Below, piece after piece: positions 36,735 to 49,400 of a stretch of 64,000 nucleotides of DNA (the first letter of the stretch is position 1; every line of letters starts with the position of its first letter). Both the position numbers and the translations under genes were made by a program. This DNA is from Squalus acanthias (lineage: Eukaryota). A model generated the notes under the pieces. That model had not been told where the DNA came from, did no database searches, and saw only the letters and a program-made list of their open reading frames with translations. The stretch covers positions 18,664,001 to 18,728,000 of the forward strand of contig CM059432.1 in NCBI GenBank assembly GCA_030390025.1, read 5' to 3'.

Positions 36735-37454
36735 GGCCCAAAAATTGCGCTCCGCGGCGTAGCCCCGGAATACACCCCCGACCTGCGGAAAGAATACGCA
36801 CCTACCTGATGGCGGCCCTCCTTCGTAAACTTGCGCTCTGACGCTGCGAGGAGGGGGGGGGGGCAGCGTAACGGCCCACGGATCCCAGGGACGCAGCCTG
36901 TGCGGAAGCGTACCAGGGATCACGTGGGCCTGGTCCTCCAATCAGGAAACAGATTGTCTTTCATTCATTTAAATTACTACATTACATCATTACTACAGCC
37001 TTTAAAATACATACAGATTGAGCTTTCATCGTGGGAATCCAATTCATTAGTCACAATTCCCACTTCTGAACAAATACCGTGCACGGTGCAGAAAGTAATA
37101 TATCAAATGTAAACGTTAGTTACAAAAAAAACCTTCAGCATTAACATACAGTAGGATTGCTTCTCATTAAAGCTTTTAATGTTCCTGGATGTCATTTAAT
37201 TTTTTTTTTTAAGCATTTTTTCCATTTCGGGTATCCCCTTGCGCTGTGGAAACAGGCCCCGCGCCTGTTTTCACCAGCCGTAAAAAAATTTCGTACGTAA
37301 TTATTGGGCAGTTGGCGGGAAACTAGCCCCACTCTGCACCAGCACTTGGGTTTTTGGTGGCGGTGTGGAAATCCTGAACTTGCGGTGGATTTCAAAGGCG
37401 GTATGGCGGCGTACTCTGAGAGTACGCCATCATACCCACCGCAAAATCCGGGCC
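36735..37454. mobile_element. Harbinger-like MITE (left half family A-like)
   Basis: TIRs GGCCCAAAAATTGCG / CGCAAAATCCGGGCC; contains GGGATCACGTGGGCC and CCAAT. Confidence 0.65.
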
Positions 37455-38139
37455 ATTATTTGAACCGTTCAATATTTTACGACCTTGTAGCATACTCCAA
37501 GGGTTAAAAATACCAATGGATTACAGCATTTGTGAAGATTTCCTCAGTATTTCGAGTCTATTTCTAGTCCAATCTACTGAGCTCATTAATGTTGTTGAAA
37601 TATATGGCGACAGGGGGATTTTTTAGCAATATATTTTTTTAAAGTGTTGTCCCTTGTTGGCAATGTTGTGTTCTGAGTACCCGGTATATTCTAAGACCCA
37701 CCACGTCAAGCTTGGAGAAGCATTAATTGGACAAGGTTAAGAAATATCAGCACAGTGCCAGCTTCCTGCTGCGTGCCTGCTCATTTCAGCATGTACTTTC
37801 CTGAAATGGTTGGCCCCTTCACCCTGTCAACAATGTGAATAAGAGATTAAAGACAGAAATGACTTGTTGTGAAGATAGTCTTCCAAGCAGCAGATTGCTC
37901 TGTGCTGGTCAGGCTATACTGCATGAATACTTTCACAGGGTATTATGTACCTCTTTAGAGGACAAAGCACAGCCTATTATGAATCTTTCTGTGGCGCACA
38001 AATGGAGGTTCTGGTAGAAAGGTAGTTAATTTTATAGCGCTTTAGCTCTCAAGGTTGTCTGTGGAGTGAATGAAGAATTTAGGTACAATTAACCATACAA
38101 ATGCTGATTTGAAAGAATGAGTTACTTCACAGTACCATC

Positions 38140-38505
38140 TTGTGTACCATCTACAAGATGCACTGCAGCAACTCGCCAAGGCTTCTTCAGCAGCACCTCC
38201 CAAACCCGTGACCTCTTCCACCTAAAAGGACAAGGGCAGCAGGCGCATGGGAACACCACCACCTCCAAGTTCCCCTCCAAGTCACACACCATCCTGACTT
38301 AGAAGTATATCGCTGATCCTTCATCGTCGCTGGGTCAAAATCCTGGAACTCCCTCCCTAACAGCACTGTGGGAGTACCTTCACCACACGGACTGCAGTGG
38401 TTCAAGAAGGCGGCTCACCACCACCTTCTCAAGGGCAATTAGGGATGGGCAATAAACGCTGGCCTTGCCAGCGACGTCCACATCCCATAAACAAATTTTA
38501 AAAAG
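38140..38505 (+). mobile_element. Zenon-like LINE 3' fragment
   Basis: Near-identical to 26650-26815 joined to 27245-27440. Confidence 0.9.
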
Positions 38506-38804
38506 TAAAATTCGGTCCATTACAGAACTCCAAACCAACACGATAAGTAAAGTATTTCCGTCAGCTTCTGTCTTGTGAAGTTTCTCAGGGGAAAATAAAA
38601 ATTAACGAAAACAAAGATAAGTAATGCTTAATATTTAATAAAAGGAGTGATTTCTCGATAGAGAAGTAGCAGTATAACTCAGGAGCAGGTCCGAATCTGA
38701 CTTCTCAATGCATAAAAACCAACTGGTGTTAAATTTGTCTCACTTGGTTTTGACTCTCACCAGTTGTCGTATAGTGCCAACATGATGTGAAGCTGCATTA
38801 TAGA

Positions 38805-39110
38805 ATAAAGACCTGGGGATTTATATAGCTCCTGATCACATCCTTCAGGAATATGCCATGGCACTCCACAGACACTTTGAAATGCAATGACTGTTATTTT
38901 GTAGGAGAACAAGGCAGCCATTTGGGATACAGCGAGACCTCACAAACAAACAATGAGATGAATAACCAGTTAATCTCTTTGTGATAATGTTGATTGAGGG
39001 AGGAATTTTGGCCGGGACATTGAAGGTACTCATTACCTTCCTTTCAGTGGGATCTGTAATAGCAATGTGATCCACTGGGACAGGCCTTGGTTTAATGTCT
39101 CATCAGAAGA
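38805..39110 (-). mobile_element. Degenerate Deu-SINE
   Basis: ATTTATATAGC tail plus GTTGATTGAGGG and GGCCTTGGTTTAATGTCTCATC blocks. Confidence 0.6.
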
Positions 39111-39724
39111 TTGTTGCCGCCGTCTCTCCCTTCTCCCCCGGGCACTTTATAAACTGACTTTTTAATGCTTTTAACGTTCATAGAAAGCTAATGCTCTTGC
39201 CTGTGTTCATAACATTAAAGATGAGACGGACCGGGAGCAGTGCTTTACACATGCGTCCAAGCATTTGTGTCCGAATTCTTTTGTCTCTGATCTCAGTGAC
39301 ACCTGCATTAATGTGCAGCCTGCTAACTGTACATCGCATTCCATAGATAGTAGTTTGGCATGGGTATCTGCATTATAACGCAGTCTTAGCAATTATTTGT
39401 TTGCTTCTGAATTTGCATACTCATATTGAAAGCACATTTCAAAAGCTAAAATGCTCTAGTTACTAGCTGGCAACCAGTACCTGTAGTGAAAGCCTGCTCT
39501 GTCTGTGACATCGCCTGGTGATTGAACTTGTAAGTGATACAATAAATGACTGTGGGGTGGATTTTACAAATTAGTGCACCAGGCACAGAGCTTCAGTGAT
39601 GTGAGCATATATTGGGAATTTGGGTGCTGCGGTCAGCATGTCCTGTGCAATTTTCCATCCATTAATTTTCAACATTCACTCTCATCACTGTTGTATACTT
39701 GTCCTTTTTACTCTAGATATATTC

Positions 39725-40010
39725 TTGAGCATTCCCGATTTCAATCGCTCCACCATTGGTGGCCGTGCCTTCAGCTGCCAAGGCCCTAAGCTCTGGAATT
39801 CCCTCCCTAAACCTCTCCGCCTCTCTACCTCTCTTTCCTCATTAAGACGCTCCTTAAAACTTACCTCTTTGACCAAGCTTTTGGTCACCTGCTCTAATAT
39901 CTCCTTATGTGACTCGGTGTCAAATTTTGTTTGATAACACTCCTGTGAAGCGCCTTGGAACGTTTTACTACGTTAAAGGCGCTATATAAATACAAGTTGT
40001 TGTAGTTGTT
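39725..40010 (+). mobile_element. L2 LINE 3' fragment
   Basis: STIGGRAFSCQGPKLWNSLP; tail AAAGGCGCTATATAAATACAAG(TTG)n. Confidence 0.88.
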
Positions 40011-40129
40011 GGTTTCTGTGTTATAGACTGCTCACTCCATATGTTCTGAAGAGTGTTTACACTTGTGCTGTTATCAAGGCAAGTTTGATAATGTGCGCAA
40101 GATAACAAACAGAACACCTTTCTTTAATT

Positions 40130-40540
40130 TAAAAATAAAATTGTTCTCAGGACACAGGCGACACTGGCAAAGTTATATTTTTATTGCCCATCCTTAGTTG
40201 CCCTGATAAGATTCTGACATAAGTGCTTGGATGTGTGTGGCAAGTGCCGCTCCCTGCCTGTCTTTAACTGATGCAGTCCTTGTGCTAATGGTGCCCCCGT
40301 GATGGTGTTAGGTAAGGAATTCCAAGATTTTGACCCAGTGATAGTGAAGGAACATGGGTATATAACCAAGTTAGGATGGTGCTTGATTTGGAGAGGAACT
40401 TGGAGGTGATGGTGTTCCCAAAATCTTGCTGCTTTTGTCATTCTTGGTGGTAGAAGTCACAGGGCTGGGAGGTACTGTTGAAGTAAGCTTGGTGAGTTGC
40501 TGCAGTGCATCGTGTAGATAGCACCTATAGCAGCCACAGT
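40130..40540 (-). mobile_element. Degenerate Zenon-like LINE 3' fragment
   Basis: TTTATTGCCCATCC end; GSKSWNSLPN. Confidence 0.75.
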
Positions 40541-40816
40541 GTCCTACCTCACACCTCTTACTGATTTTGGGAGTATCTAACTAACCAACATTTTGAAAGT
40601 TTTGGACCAATTTACTTCAAAGATTACTGAAAGTCTCTTACCTGTACAGAAGCCTCAGAATGACTTTAAAATCTGAAAAGCAGCAAGCTGATAAAACAGA
40701 CCCAAGCCAGGCAACTAACTCTGTTTAATTCAAAAAACCGCCAATCATACATAGAAATACGTAAAAGTTACAACATAGAAATTGATCCCCAACAGTCCAT
40801 GATGGCCTTTTATAAT

Positions 40817-41549
40817 GGGCCATATTTTCCGATCGGAGGCTTCCCGCGTGCAGAAGCCTCCGATCTGGAAAAAATCTGCGCCCTTACCTGAGGGCTCCCG
40901 GGACGCACACACTTCTGCTCCTGGGCCTCTCAAACTCCAAGTGTGCAGGGCCCACGTATCCAGAGGCGCATGCGGTTCGCAAGCGTCCCTGGGATCATGT
41001 GGGCCATGGGGAGCCAATCAAAGAAGGAAATCTCCCTTCATACACTTGACAGTAAGACCTGTCAAATATATGAATGGAGATCACCCCAAAAACATAGTAA
41101 AACTTTAAATAATTTTTTTTTAAAACATCACATTTTTAAAATGACTTGAAATTACAATAAATTAGATATTTTAAACAAAAATTTAATTTTTTGAAAAAAA
41201 TAATTAAAGTTTTTTACGGGGCTAAAAATAAACTTACCTTTTTTAAAAGTATTTTTAAATGATACATCAGTGAAAATTTTTTAAAAACTTTTTTTCAACT
41301 CTTATCCTGGTAAAAGCAGGCCTTATGCCAGGCGTAAGAATTGTAAGGGTTTTCTGCGGGCGGAGGGTGTCCAAAAAGCGGAACTATCCACCCGCAGAGG
41401 CTCTTCTCCAGGATCAAGAACATTCTTGGCAGATCGGAAATGCCGGTTTTCAGCGCATGCGCTGTGCATGCCTGAAACCGGCATTTCCGATGTCCCTACG
41501 GGTGGGTACACAGCGCGTACCCACCCGTAGGGATCGGAATATCTGGGCC
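40817..41549. mobile_element. Harbinger-like MITE family A, copy 1
   Basis: TIRs GGGCCATATTTTCCGATC / GATCGGAATATCTGGGCC. Homologous to 45409-46143 and 54955-55609. Confidence 0.85.
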
Positions 41550-41825
41550 ATTATGTTTGTATTCTGTCCCAACAAGGCAGTATCTCTGTGGTCTATTATA
41601 GAAACCTTGGAAAAGTTGAGAACTTTAAATCCAGCTACAACAACTTGTATTTTATTCTGCCTTTAACATATAAAGGCGCAATGAAAAAATTGATGCCGAG
41701 CCATAGAAGGAGATATTGGCCCGGATTTTGCTGTCAGTGCTCACCGTTATCAAAGAGTAAACCGGACAGCGACTGCACATGTGCAGCTAAACAACAACAA
41801 CAACAACAACAACTTGTATTTATAT

Positions 41826-43427
41826 TCTTAGGCAGTCCCTCGGAACCGAGGATGACTTGCTTCCACATTAAAAATGAGTTCGCAGGTGACTGATGAGTCC
41901 AATGTGGGATCTACAGTCTCCGTCACAGGTGGGGCAGACGGTGGTTGAAGGGGTGGGTGGGTGGGGTGCTTGGGTTGACGTGCGCTCCTTGCGCTGCCTG
42001 CGCTTGGCTTCCGCTTGCTCCCGGCGAAGAGACTCGAGGTGTTCGGCGCCTTCCCGGATGCTTCTCCTCCACTTTGTGCGGTCTTGGGCCAGGGATTCCC
42101 AGGTGTCGGTGGGGATGTTACACTTTTTCAAGGAGGCTTTGAGGGTGTCCTTGAAGCGTTTCCTCTGCCCACCTGGGGCTCTCTTGCCGTGCCGGAGCTC
42201 CGAGTAGAGCGCTTGTTTTGGGAGTCTCGTATCGGGCATGCGGACAATGTGACCCGTCCATCGGAGATAATCGAGCGTGGTCAAAGCTTCGATGCTGGGG
42301 ATGTTATCCTGAGCAAGAACACTGATGTTGGTGCGCCTATCCTGCCAATGGATTTGCAGGATCTTGTGGAGGCAGCATTGGTGTTACCTCTCCAGTGCTT
42401 TGAGTTGCCTGCTGTACATGGTCCATGTCTCTGAGGCATACAGCAGGGCGGGTATCACTGCTGCTCTGTAGACCATGAGCTTAGTGCCGGGTTTGAGGTC
42501 CTGGTCTTCAAACACTCTCTTCCTCAGGCGACCGAAGGCTGCACTGGCACACTGAAGGTGGTATTGGACTTCGTCGTCGACGTCTGCCCTTGTTGACAGT
42601 AGGCTCCCAAGGTATGGAAAGTGATCCACGTTGTCCAAGGCCTTGTCGTGGATTTTGATAATCGGGGGCAGTACTGTGTGGCGGGGGCAGGTTGGTAGAG
42701 AACGTTTGTCTTATGGGTGTTTAGTGTAAGGCCCATGCTCTCGTACGCTTCGGTGAAGGTGTTGACGATGGTTTGGAGTTCGACCTCCGAGTGAGCGCAG
42801 ACACAAGCGTCATCTGCATACTGTAATTCGACGACAGAGAATGGGACGACCTTGGATCTGGACTGGAGGCGACGGAGATTGAACAGTTTCCCGTTTGTTC
42901 TGTAAATTAGCTCCACTCCAGTGGGGAGCTTACTGAGGGTGAGATGGAGCATTGCAGCCAGGAAGATCGAGAAGAGCGTTGGTGCAATGACACAGCCTTG
43001 CTTGACCCTGGTCCGTACGTGAATTGGGTCTGTGGTGGAACCGTTGGTCAGGATCACGGCTTGCATGTCGTCGTGAAACAGGCGGAGGATGGTGACAAAC
43101 TTTTGAGGGCAGCCGAATTTGAGGAGGACACTCCATAATCCCTCATGGTTGACAGTGTCGAAGGCCTTTGTGAGATCAAAGAAGGCCATGTACAGCAGTT
43201 GGTGCTGTTCCCTGCATTTCTCTTGTAATTGATGTGCGGTGAAGATCATGTCCATTGTGCCCCTTAGTGGGCGGAATCTGCATTGCAACTCTGGGAGGAG
43301 CTCTTCGGCCACTGGGAGAAGGCGATTGAGGAGGATTCTTGCGATGACTTTCCCTGTGGCAGACAGCAGGGAAACTCCTCTGTAATTACCGCAATCGGAC
43401 TTGTCACCTTTCTTGAAGATCGTCACA
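41826..43427 (-). mobile_element. 5'-truncated RTE-clade LINE (RT plus C-terminal C2H2-like motif)
   Basis: NYRGVSLLS, FFDLTKAFDTV, VKQGCVIAP, LQYADD and CPTCDGDCRSHIGLISHLRTH. 3' end GGGACTGCCTAAGAA. 8-bp TSD ATTTATAT. Confidence 0.95.
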
Positions 43428-43808
43428 ATTTATATAGTGCCTTTAACGTAGTAAAACGTCCCAAGGCGCTGCACAAGAGTATTTTAAGACAACAAATTTG
43501 ACACCGATCCACATAAGGATAAATTAGGGCAGGTGACCAAAAGCTTGGTCAAAGAGGTAGGTTTTAAGGAGCGTCTTAAAGGAGGAAAGAGAGGTAGAGA
43601 GGCGGAGAGGTTTAGGGAGGGAATTCCAGGGCTTGGGGCCTAGGCAACAGAAGGCACGGCCACCAAAGGTTGAGCGATTATAATCAGGGATGCTCAAGAG
43701 GCAGAATTAGAGGAGCGCAGATATCTCGGGGGATTGTGGGGCTGAAGGAGATTACAGAGATAGGAAAGGGCGAGGCCTTGGAGGGATTTGAAAACAAGGA
43801 TGAAAATG
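43428..43808 (-). mobile_element. L2 3' fragment; its (CAA)n tail lies at 41789-41825
   Basis: Reverse complement of 39725-40010, split by the RTE. Confidence 0.88.
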
Positions 43809-44489
43809 AAACGTGGAAATCAGGAAGTTGCTATCTAAGTTGCCCTGCTCCTCCAGAAGTTTCGCTATACCGGTATCTCGCCGAGAGACTCGGCATTGAA
43901 TTACATGGAAGAGCATGAAGTTGCTGTACTTGCGTGATAGGTACACACTAAACTTACCAGAAAAAGTCCGGGCTTGTCCATTCCAGCGTAAGTAATTTTT
44001 TAACAACATGATAGTCTTAGTTATTGGCAAACATCCTCTCTGGCACTGAAAATTTACTTTTACAAGTGTAAAGTCTCATTCCTTCAGATTTGAATTATTG
44101 TTGGAAACTTTAAAAAAATTACATAACTTTTTCTTTTAAAAACTTTTTCTTTCTGTCTCTTTTATCTCGCTCTCTTAATCCCATCTTTCTTTCCCTCTCT
44201 TTATTTCGCTTTCCGTATACGATTTTAAATTGAATTCACTGTTCTAACTGACACTTCCCGGTTCAGACTATGCGTGGCTCAGTAAGAATTCTTCAATCTG
44301 ATTGGTTAAGGAGATACACAGTTGTTTGCCCTGTTCACACAGATCCCCTGTAGGGGGTGCTGCGCTGTTTCAGATTTCTAATCACTGCAAGTTCCAATGC
44401 AAAAGCTGATAGAGAGTTTGTGGGCAAGTGTAAGTGTAATGAGTGGTGGCTGGCGCTGTTCATTCACTGCTGACCACAAAATTCAGGCC

Positions 44490-44870
44490 ATTAGGAAGGG
44501 CGACCAAAAGCTTTGCCAAAGAGGTGGTTTTATGGAGGGTCTGAAAGGAGCAGAAGGAGGTAAAGATGTAGAGGCATTTTAAGAGGGAATTGCAGAGTGT
44601 GGGTCTTAATGGCTGCAGGCACGGTCGCCAATGGGAGGATGGAGGGAGAGGGAGACACACGAGAGGCTAGAGCAAGAGGAACGGAGTGGTAGGGCTGGGT
44701 TTTTGGATGGAGGTGATTATAGAGATAGGAAGAAGTGAGGAGTTGAATGGATTTGAACACAAGGATGGGAATCTTACATTTGATGCGTTGGGGAACCACA
44801 AACCAACGTAGGTCAGCAAGGACAGCGGTGATAGGAGATCACGGACTTGGTACAGGATAGGATAGAGGTA
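44490..44870 (-). mobile_element. Older L2 fragment; tail at 41635-41717
   Basis: VPQRIKCKIPILVFKS. Continues GAAGGAGATATT|AGG across the MITE. Confidence 0.75.
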
Positions 44871-45408
44871 GTAGATCCAAATTGATTTTTACTGAAAAAT
44901 GTAAAAAGTGGACACTAAAGTTGAAATACTAACTGTCCACAGAAAAACATAAGCAGTTGCAATGTATGGGTTAAATTTACAGTGGAAGAAACTGGACCCT
45001 GTAAAGTTATATTGATGTCTGGACAACTACTTTCAATATAAAATAAAAATGTCAATTTATGGCAATTTATGGTGGGGCAATTCCGCTCAATTTGACATCA
45101 CGAGTCATTTTACGCTTTTACCATCTGCATGAAAAAGCGTTTCCAATTGAGCGCACTGGTAATTGGGAGGGTAGTGGATTTTCCACAATCTATTTTGACC
45201 ACATAAAAGTAGGGACATTAAAAGATTGTGGCCTAGAAATTCGATCACGCCTGGAGGTGGACGCACAGGAAGTTTGTTCACGTGGAGTGAAGTGTGGTGC
45301 AGTGATTGTAGGAGGGTGAAGGGAAGTGGAGGAAGGGGCATGCTGTGAGTATTGAGGCAGCAGGTGGTGCAGGCGTGAGGAGAGAATAATTGATGTGAGA
45401 GTCACATT

Positions 45409-46143
45409 GGGCCGGATGCCTCCGATCGGGAAAAATCTACGCACTTACCTGCTGGCTCTGTAGGTCCCGAGACTTGCGATCCTGGGTCTCTCCACTACGA
45501 AATGCGCAGAGGCCCAGGTATCCCAGGAGCGTATGCGGTTCGCAAGCATCCCTGGGATCACGTGGGCCATGGGGAACCAATCAAAGAAGGGAATCCCCCT
45601 TCACACTTTTGACAGGTCTCTACGCACGGAACTGTCAAAAGTATGAATCGGGATTATTTAAAAAACACAATTAAACATTAAATACATTTTTTTTAAATCA
45701 CGTATTTAAAATGAGTTAAAATTACATTAAACTAAGTATTTTAACAAAAATTTAATTTTTTGAAAAAATAATTAAAGTTGTTTACGGGGCTAAAAATAAA
45801 CAGACCTTTTTTAAAAGTATTTTTAAATTATAAATGAGTGGGGAAAAAAATAACTTTTTAATTTTTTTAAACTTTTATGCTGGTAAAAGCAGGCCTTACG
45901 CTTTTACCAGGCGTAAGATTTTTAAAGGTTTTCAGCGGGCGGAGGTTGTGCAGAAAGCGGAACTCCCTGCCTGCGGAGGCCCTTCTCCGGGGCAGGCGGA
46001 GGATCTGTCAAGAGGATTCTTGACAGATCGGAAGTTCCGGGTTTTAATGTATGCGCTTCGCATGCCTGAAACCGGCACTTGCAAGGCCCCTACGGCTGTG
46101 TACACACCTCGTACACACCCGTAGGGATCGGAATATGCGGCTC
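45409..46143. mobile_element. Harbinger-like MITE family A, copy 2
   Basis: TIRs GGGCCGGATGCCTCCGATC / GATCGGAATATGCGGCTC. Colinear with copy 1. Confidence 0.85.
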
Positions 46144-47826
46144 AATGTTTCCCTGCTCTCTGCGGCTAACGGGCACCACCCCGTTTAAGAAGTGCTGGCT
46201 GCCTTTAAGTGGTGTCATTAAAGCCCAATTGCCCGGAAACAGGCGCGCAGCCAATAAGCATCGCGGGTAGCACTGGCTACATGCCTGACTCATTATAATG
46301 GGCTAGCTGCTCCAATTGCACGCAATCTCTGCACCCATGTGAACAAGCTTCCTGTGAGTGCTGATAACCTCACTGTTATTTTTACTGCAAAATCCAGGCC
46401 AATATATATTTTTTATTAGGCTTTTTAGTGTGCTAGTATTGTGGCAATTTTCAAATTATCTCCTGCGGCTGCTGATAGTGTTTCCCTGTATGGGGAAGGA
46501 TGTGAAATAGTCATCTGGTTGTTTAGATTAGGACTACAGGATCCCTTAAGCAAAGGATTTAAATGGGGTGACTATGAGTTTCCTTTCTTCTCTGATACCT
46601 CAAGTACATTTGAGGAAATGTGTGTGACTGTGGATCAGCTATGTGAAATGGAAATGTTCTTGTTCCAATGTTTATGAGATGTTAACAGAGATGGGCAGTC
46701 TGCACCAACCAGGGCAGGTTGTCAAATCTGGGCATTAATCACATAAGGGACAGAGAACAAACAGCCTCATGTCCTTTTTGTCCAATATTATGTTATTGTT
46801 TGAGACCTTAATCACTGCCCTATTTCTACACTCTATGGCTATGAAGTATTGAAATCTTGATTAACTGTGAAAGTACATTGTTTTAAAAATCTACATCTGT
46901 GACAGCTTAATTCAAAAGAAAGAATTTGTTGAATTTCACACTGAATTGTAGCTTCTCTTTCCCCTATGAAATACTGCAACAAATTGATGAGTTGCTTAGT
47001 TCAGTTGGACTAAATATTAAATTGTTTTCGCTATAGATAATACATTTATAATGATGGAAGAGAAGCAAATAGTCAGGCTGGCAGTCTTGGCTCCTCGCTC
47101 TCTCTGTACCATTATACAAAGTGGAGGCTATAGACAATCAGTGAGCGGCTTTTTTATGTAAGTGCTTTTCATCAAGGATACGTGGGTCAAATTACAACAT
47201 AAGAACATAAGAAATAGGAGCAGGGGTAGGCCATTCGGCCCTTCGAGCCTGCTCCGCCATTCAATAAGATCATGGTTGATCTACCTCAACTTTACCTTTT
47301 TGCATTATCCCCATATCCCTTGATACACTTTATTAACAACAGCTACAGAGAACTGCTATGGTTACAAGACTTTTTATTGTTTTGGAATGGTTTTTAAAGT
47401 ACTGGTGGGAAATCACGTAACCAATTACTATACTTATTCTGTTTATTGATCCATTTTTTTACTTTGCTGTGTTAATAAAGCCTACTTCATAGCTTACAGC
47501 CTGCATTAGACATTTTGCACATCAAGTCATGTTTCTGATCATAGGGAGTGCAGGCTTACATATAGAAACTGGCTTTTGCATTGGGTACAAGCAGAAAGTG
47601 TCGAGAGAGAGAGAGAGAAATTGTAATAACATGGTTCTGGAATCCAATTGAGTTTTGGTTCTGAAAAAGAAAAAGGTTCATTGGTTGACTGGCTGTTCTC
47701 AATACTGTTAAAAACAATGTCAAAATATTTTCTTAGTTGCTGGCAGCTTTAAGTTCTGAACTGAAATATTAACAGTTCAGTTGTTCCAAGTGCTAAACTT
47801 AGAATTATTCACAGTCTGTTATGCTA

Positions 47827-48183
47827 GGAACATAGGAACAGGAGTAGGCCATTCAGCCCCTCGAGCCTGTTCCTCCATTTAATGAGATCATGGTTGATCT
47901 GTATCTTAACTCCATCTACCCGCCTTGGTTCCGTAACCATTAATACTCTTGCCTAACAAAAATCTATCAACATCAGTTTTGAAATTTTTTATTGACCCTC
48001 AGCCTCAGCAGCTTTTTGGGGGAGAGAGTTCAGATTTCCACTACAGTTTGTGTGAAGAAGTGCTTCCTGACATCACCCCTTGACTGGCCTAGTTCTAATT
48101 ATAAGGTTGTTCTGGACTCCCCCACCAAATAAATAGTTTCTCTCTAGCTACCCTATCAACTTCTTAAATCATCTTAAACACCT
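47827..48183 (-). mobile_element. CR1 3' fragment (a shorter one lies at 47197-47325)
   Basis: GGAACATAGGAACAGGAGTAGGCCATTC tail signature. Confidence 0.8.
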
Positions 48184-48400
48184 GTTACTACAATATCAAC
48201 TAGCAGTTACCCAACAGCAAAAAGATAACCCCACTAACCGTCACGCCTTTGTGCCTTTAGAACATGTGCAGTTACTTTGTTGATTCTGCAAGTTAGCATT
48301 AGGAGGAAGATCAATTCAGTGTCAAGGAGCCTCGGCAGCATTTAGCTGCAGCTGATACAATGCAAAGACAATATATGCCAGCTGTTTCTTTCTCTACCAG

Positions 48401-48437
48401 ATGTCTGTAAGGATTCACCTACACAAGCGCACACCTG
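48401..48437 (+). other. Candidate 37-nt exon; gene unidentified
   Basis: Acceptor ctgtttctttctctaccag and consensus donor CTG|gtaagt. Confidence 0.25.
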
Positions 48438-48944
48438 GTAAGTCAGTGCAAAAAAAAAACCCTACCAGCCATAATTCATGTGTATTATCGGTGTTTGGAC
48501 ACTGAGGTTTAAATTAAAGCCACTGAGGCAATGTGTGCGTTCCCCAGCTCAATGTACCACTTTGTCATCTTCACATGACAGAACAAAATATACATACGGT
48601 GACAGGCTTCCTACTGGAGACACCAAACTGAAATGAGCTATTTCATCATTGCATAACTAGCTCATGTATTTTCCAATGGTAACTCGGGAGCAGCAGCCAC
48701 TTGTAGATTGTTGTGCTGCAAGCTGGAATTGTTTGTTTTATGATGTTTCTAACCTAACCCCATGAAGTCAAGCGCTAGCAAGCAAAACAACAATGCTGGT
48801 GCTTTGACGAAGTTTATTCATGTTGCTTCCACAGATCCCCGTAGCAGCCTCACTGAACCCCGTCCTTTCACTTTGAATGATGAAATAATGAAAGAGAGGA
48901 ACGAAAGAACGGGAAAGAAAGTTCATTTGAGGAAAGAGTGATTT

Positions 48945-49400
48945 AAAAAAAAGCTTGCATTTATATAGCGCCTTTCACAACCACCGGATGTCCCAAAGCG
49001 CTTTACAACCAATAAAGTTTTTATTTTGGAGTGGAGTCACTGTTGTAATGTAGGAAACTGGCAACCAATGTGCGCACAGCAAGCTCCCACAAACAGCAAT
49101 GTGATAATGACCAGATCATTTGTTTTAAGTGATGCTGATTGAGGGATAAATATTGGCCAGGGATAACTGCTCTGCTCTTCGAAATAGTGCCACGGAATCT
49201 TTCACCTCCACCTGAGCAGACGGGGCCTCGGTTTAACATCTCATCCGAAAGACGGCACCTCCGACAGTGCAGCACTCCCTCAACCACTGCACTGGAGTGT
49301 CAGCCTAGATTTTATGTGCTCAAGTCTCAGTGGTGCGAGACTTGAAGCCACAACCTTCTGACTCAGAGGCAAGGGTGCTACCAACTGAGCCACAGCTGAC
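48945..49400 (-). mobile_element. Full-length tRNA-derived Deu-domain SINE
   Basis: A box TGGCTCAGTTGG, B-box-like GCTTCAAGTC, Deu segment and L2-type tail. Homologous to 2460-2890. Confidence 0.88.

Larger units (their letters stand above)
41718..44489. mobile_element. Harbinger-like MITE family B hosting L2 and RTE insertions
   Basis: TIRs GGCCCGGATTTTG / CAAAATTCAGGCC. ATT TSD (41715-17, 44490-92) inside an older L2 fragment. Confidence 0.8.

Noticed and set aside
36728..37461. 7-bp TSD ATTATTT implying a different superfamily
   Set aside because: Low-complexity AT sequence and a single case; the TIRs match the other Harbinger-like MITEs.
49330..49400. tRNA gene (also 2820-2890)
   Set aside because: It is a SINE head, continuous with the Deu segment and L2-type tail.
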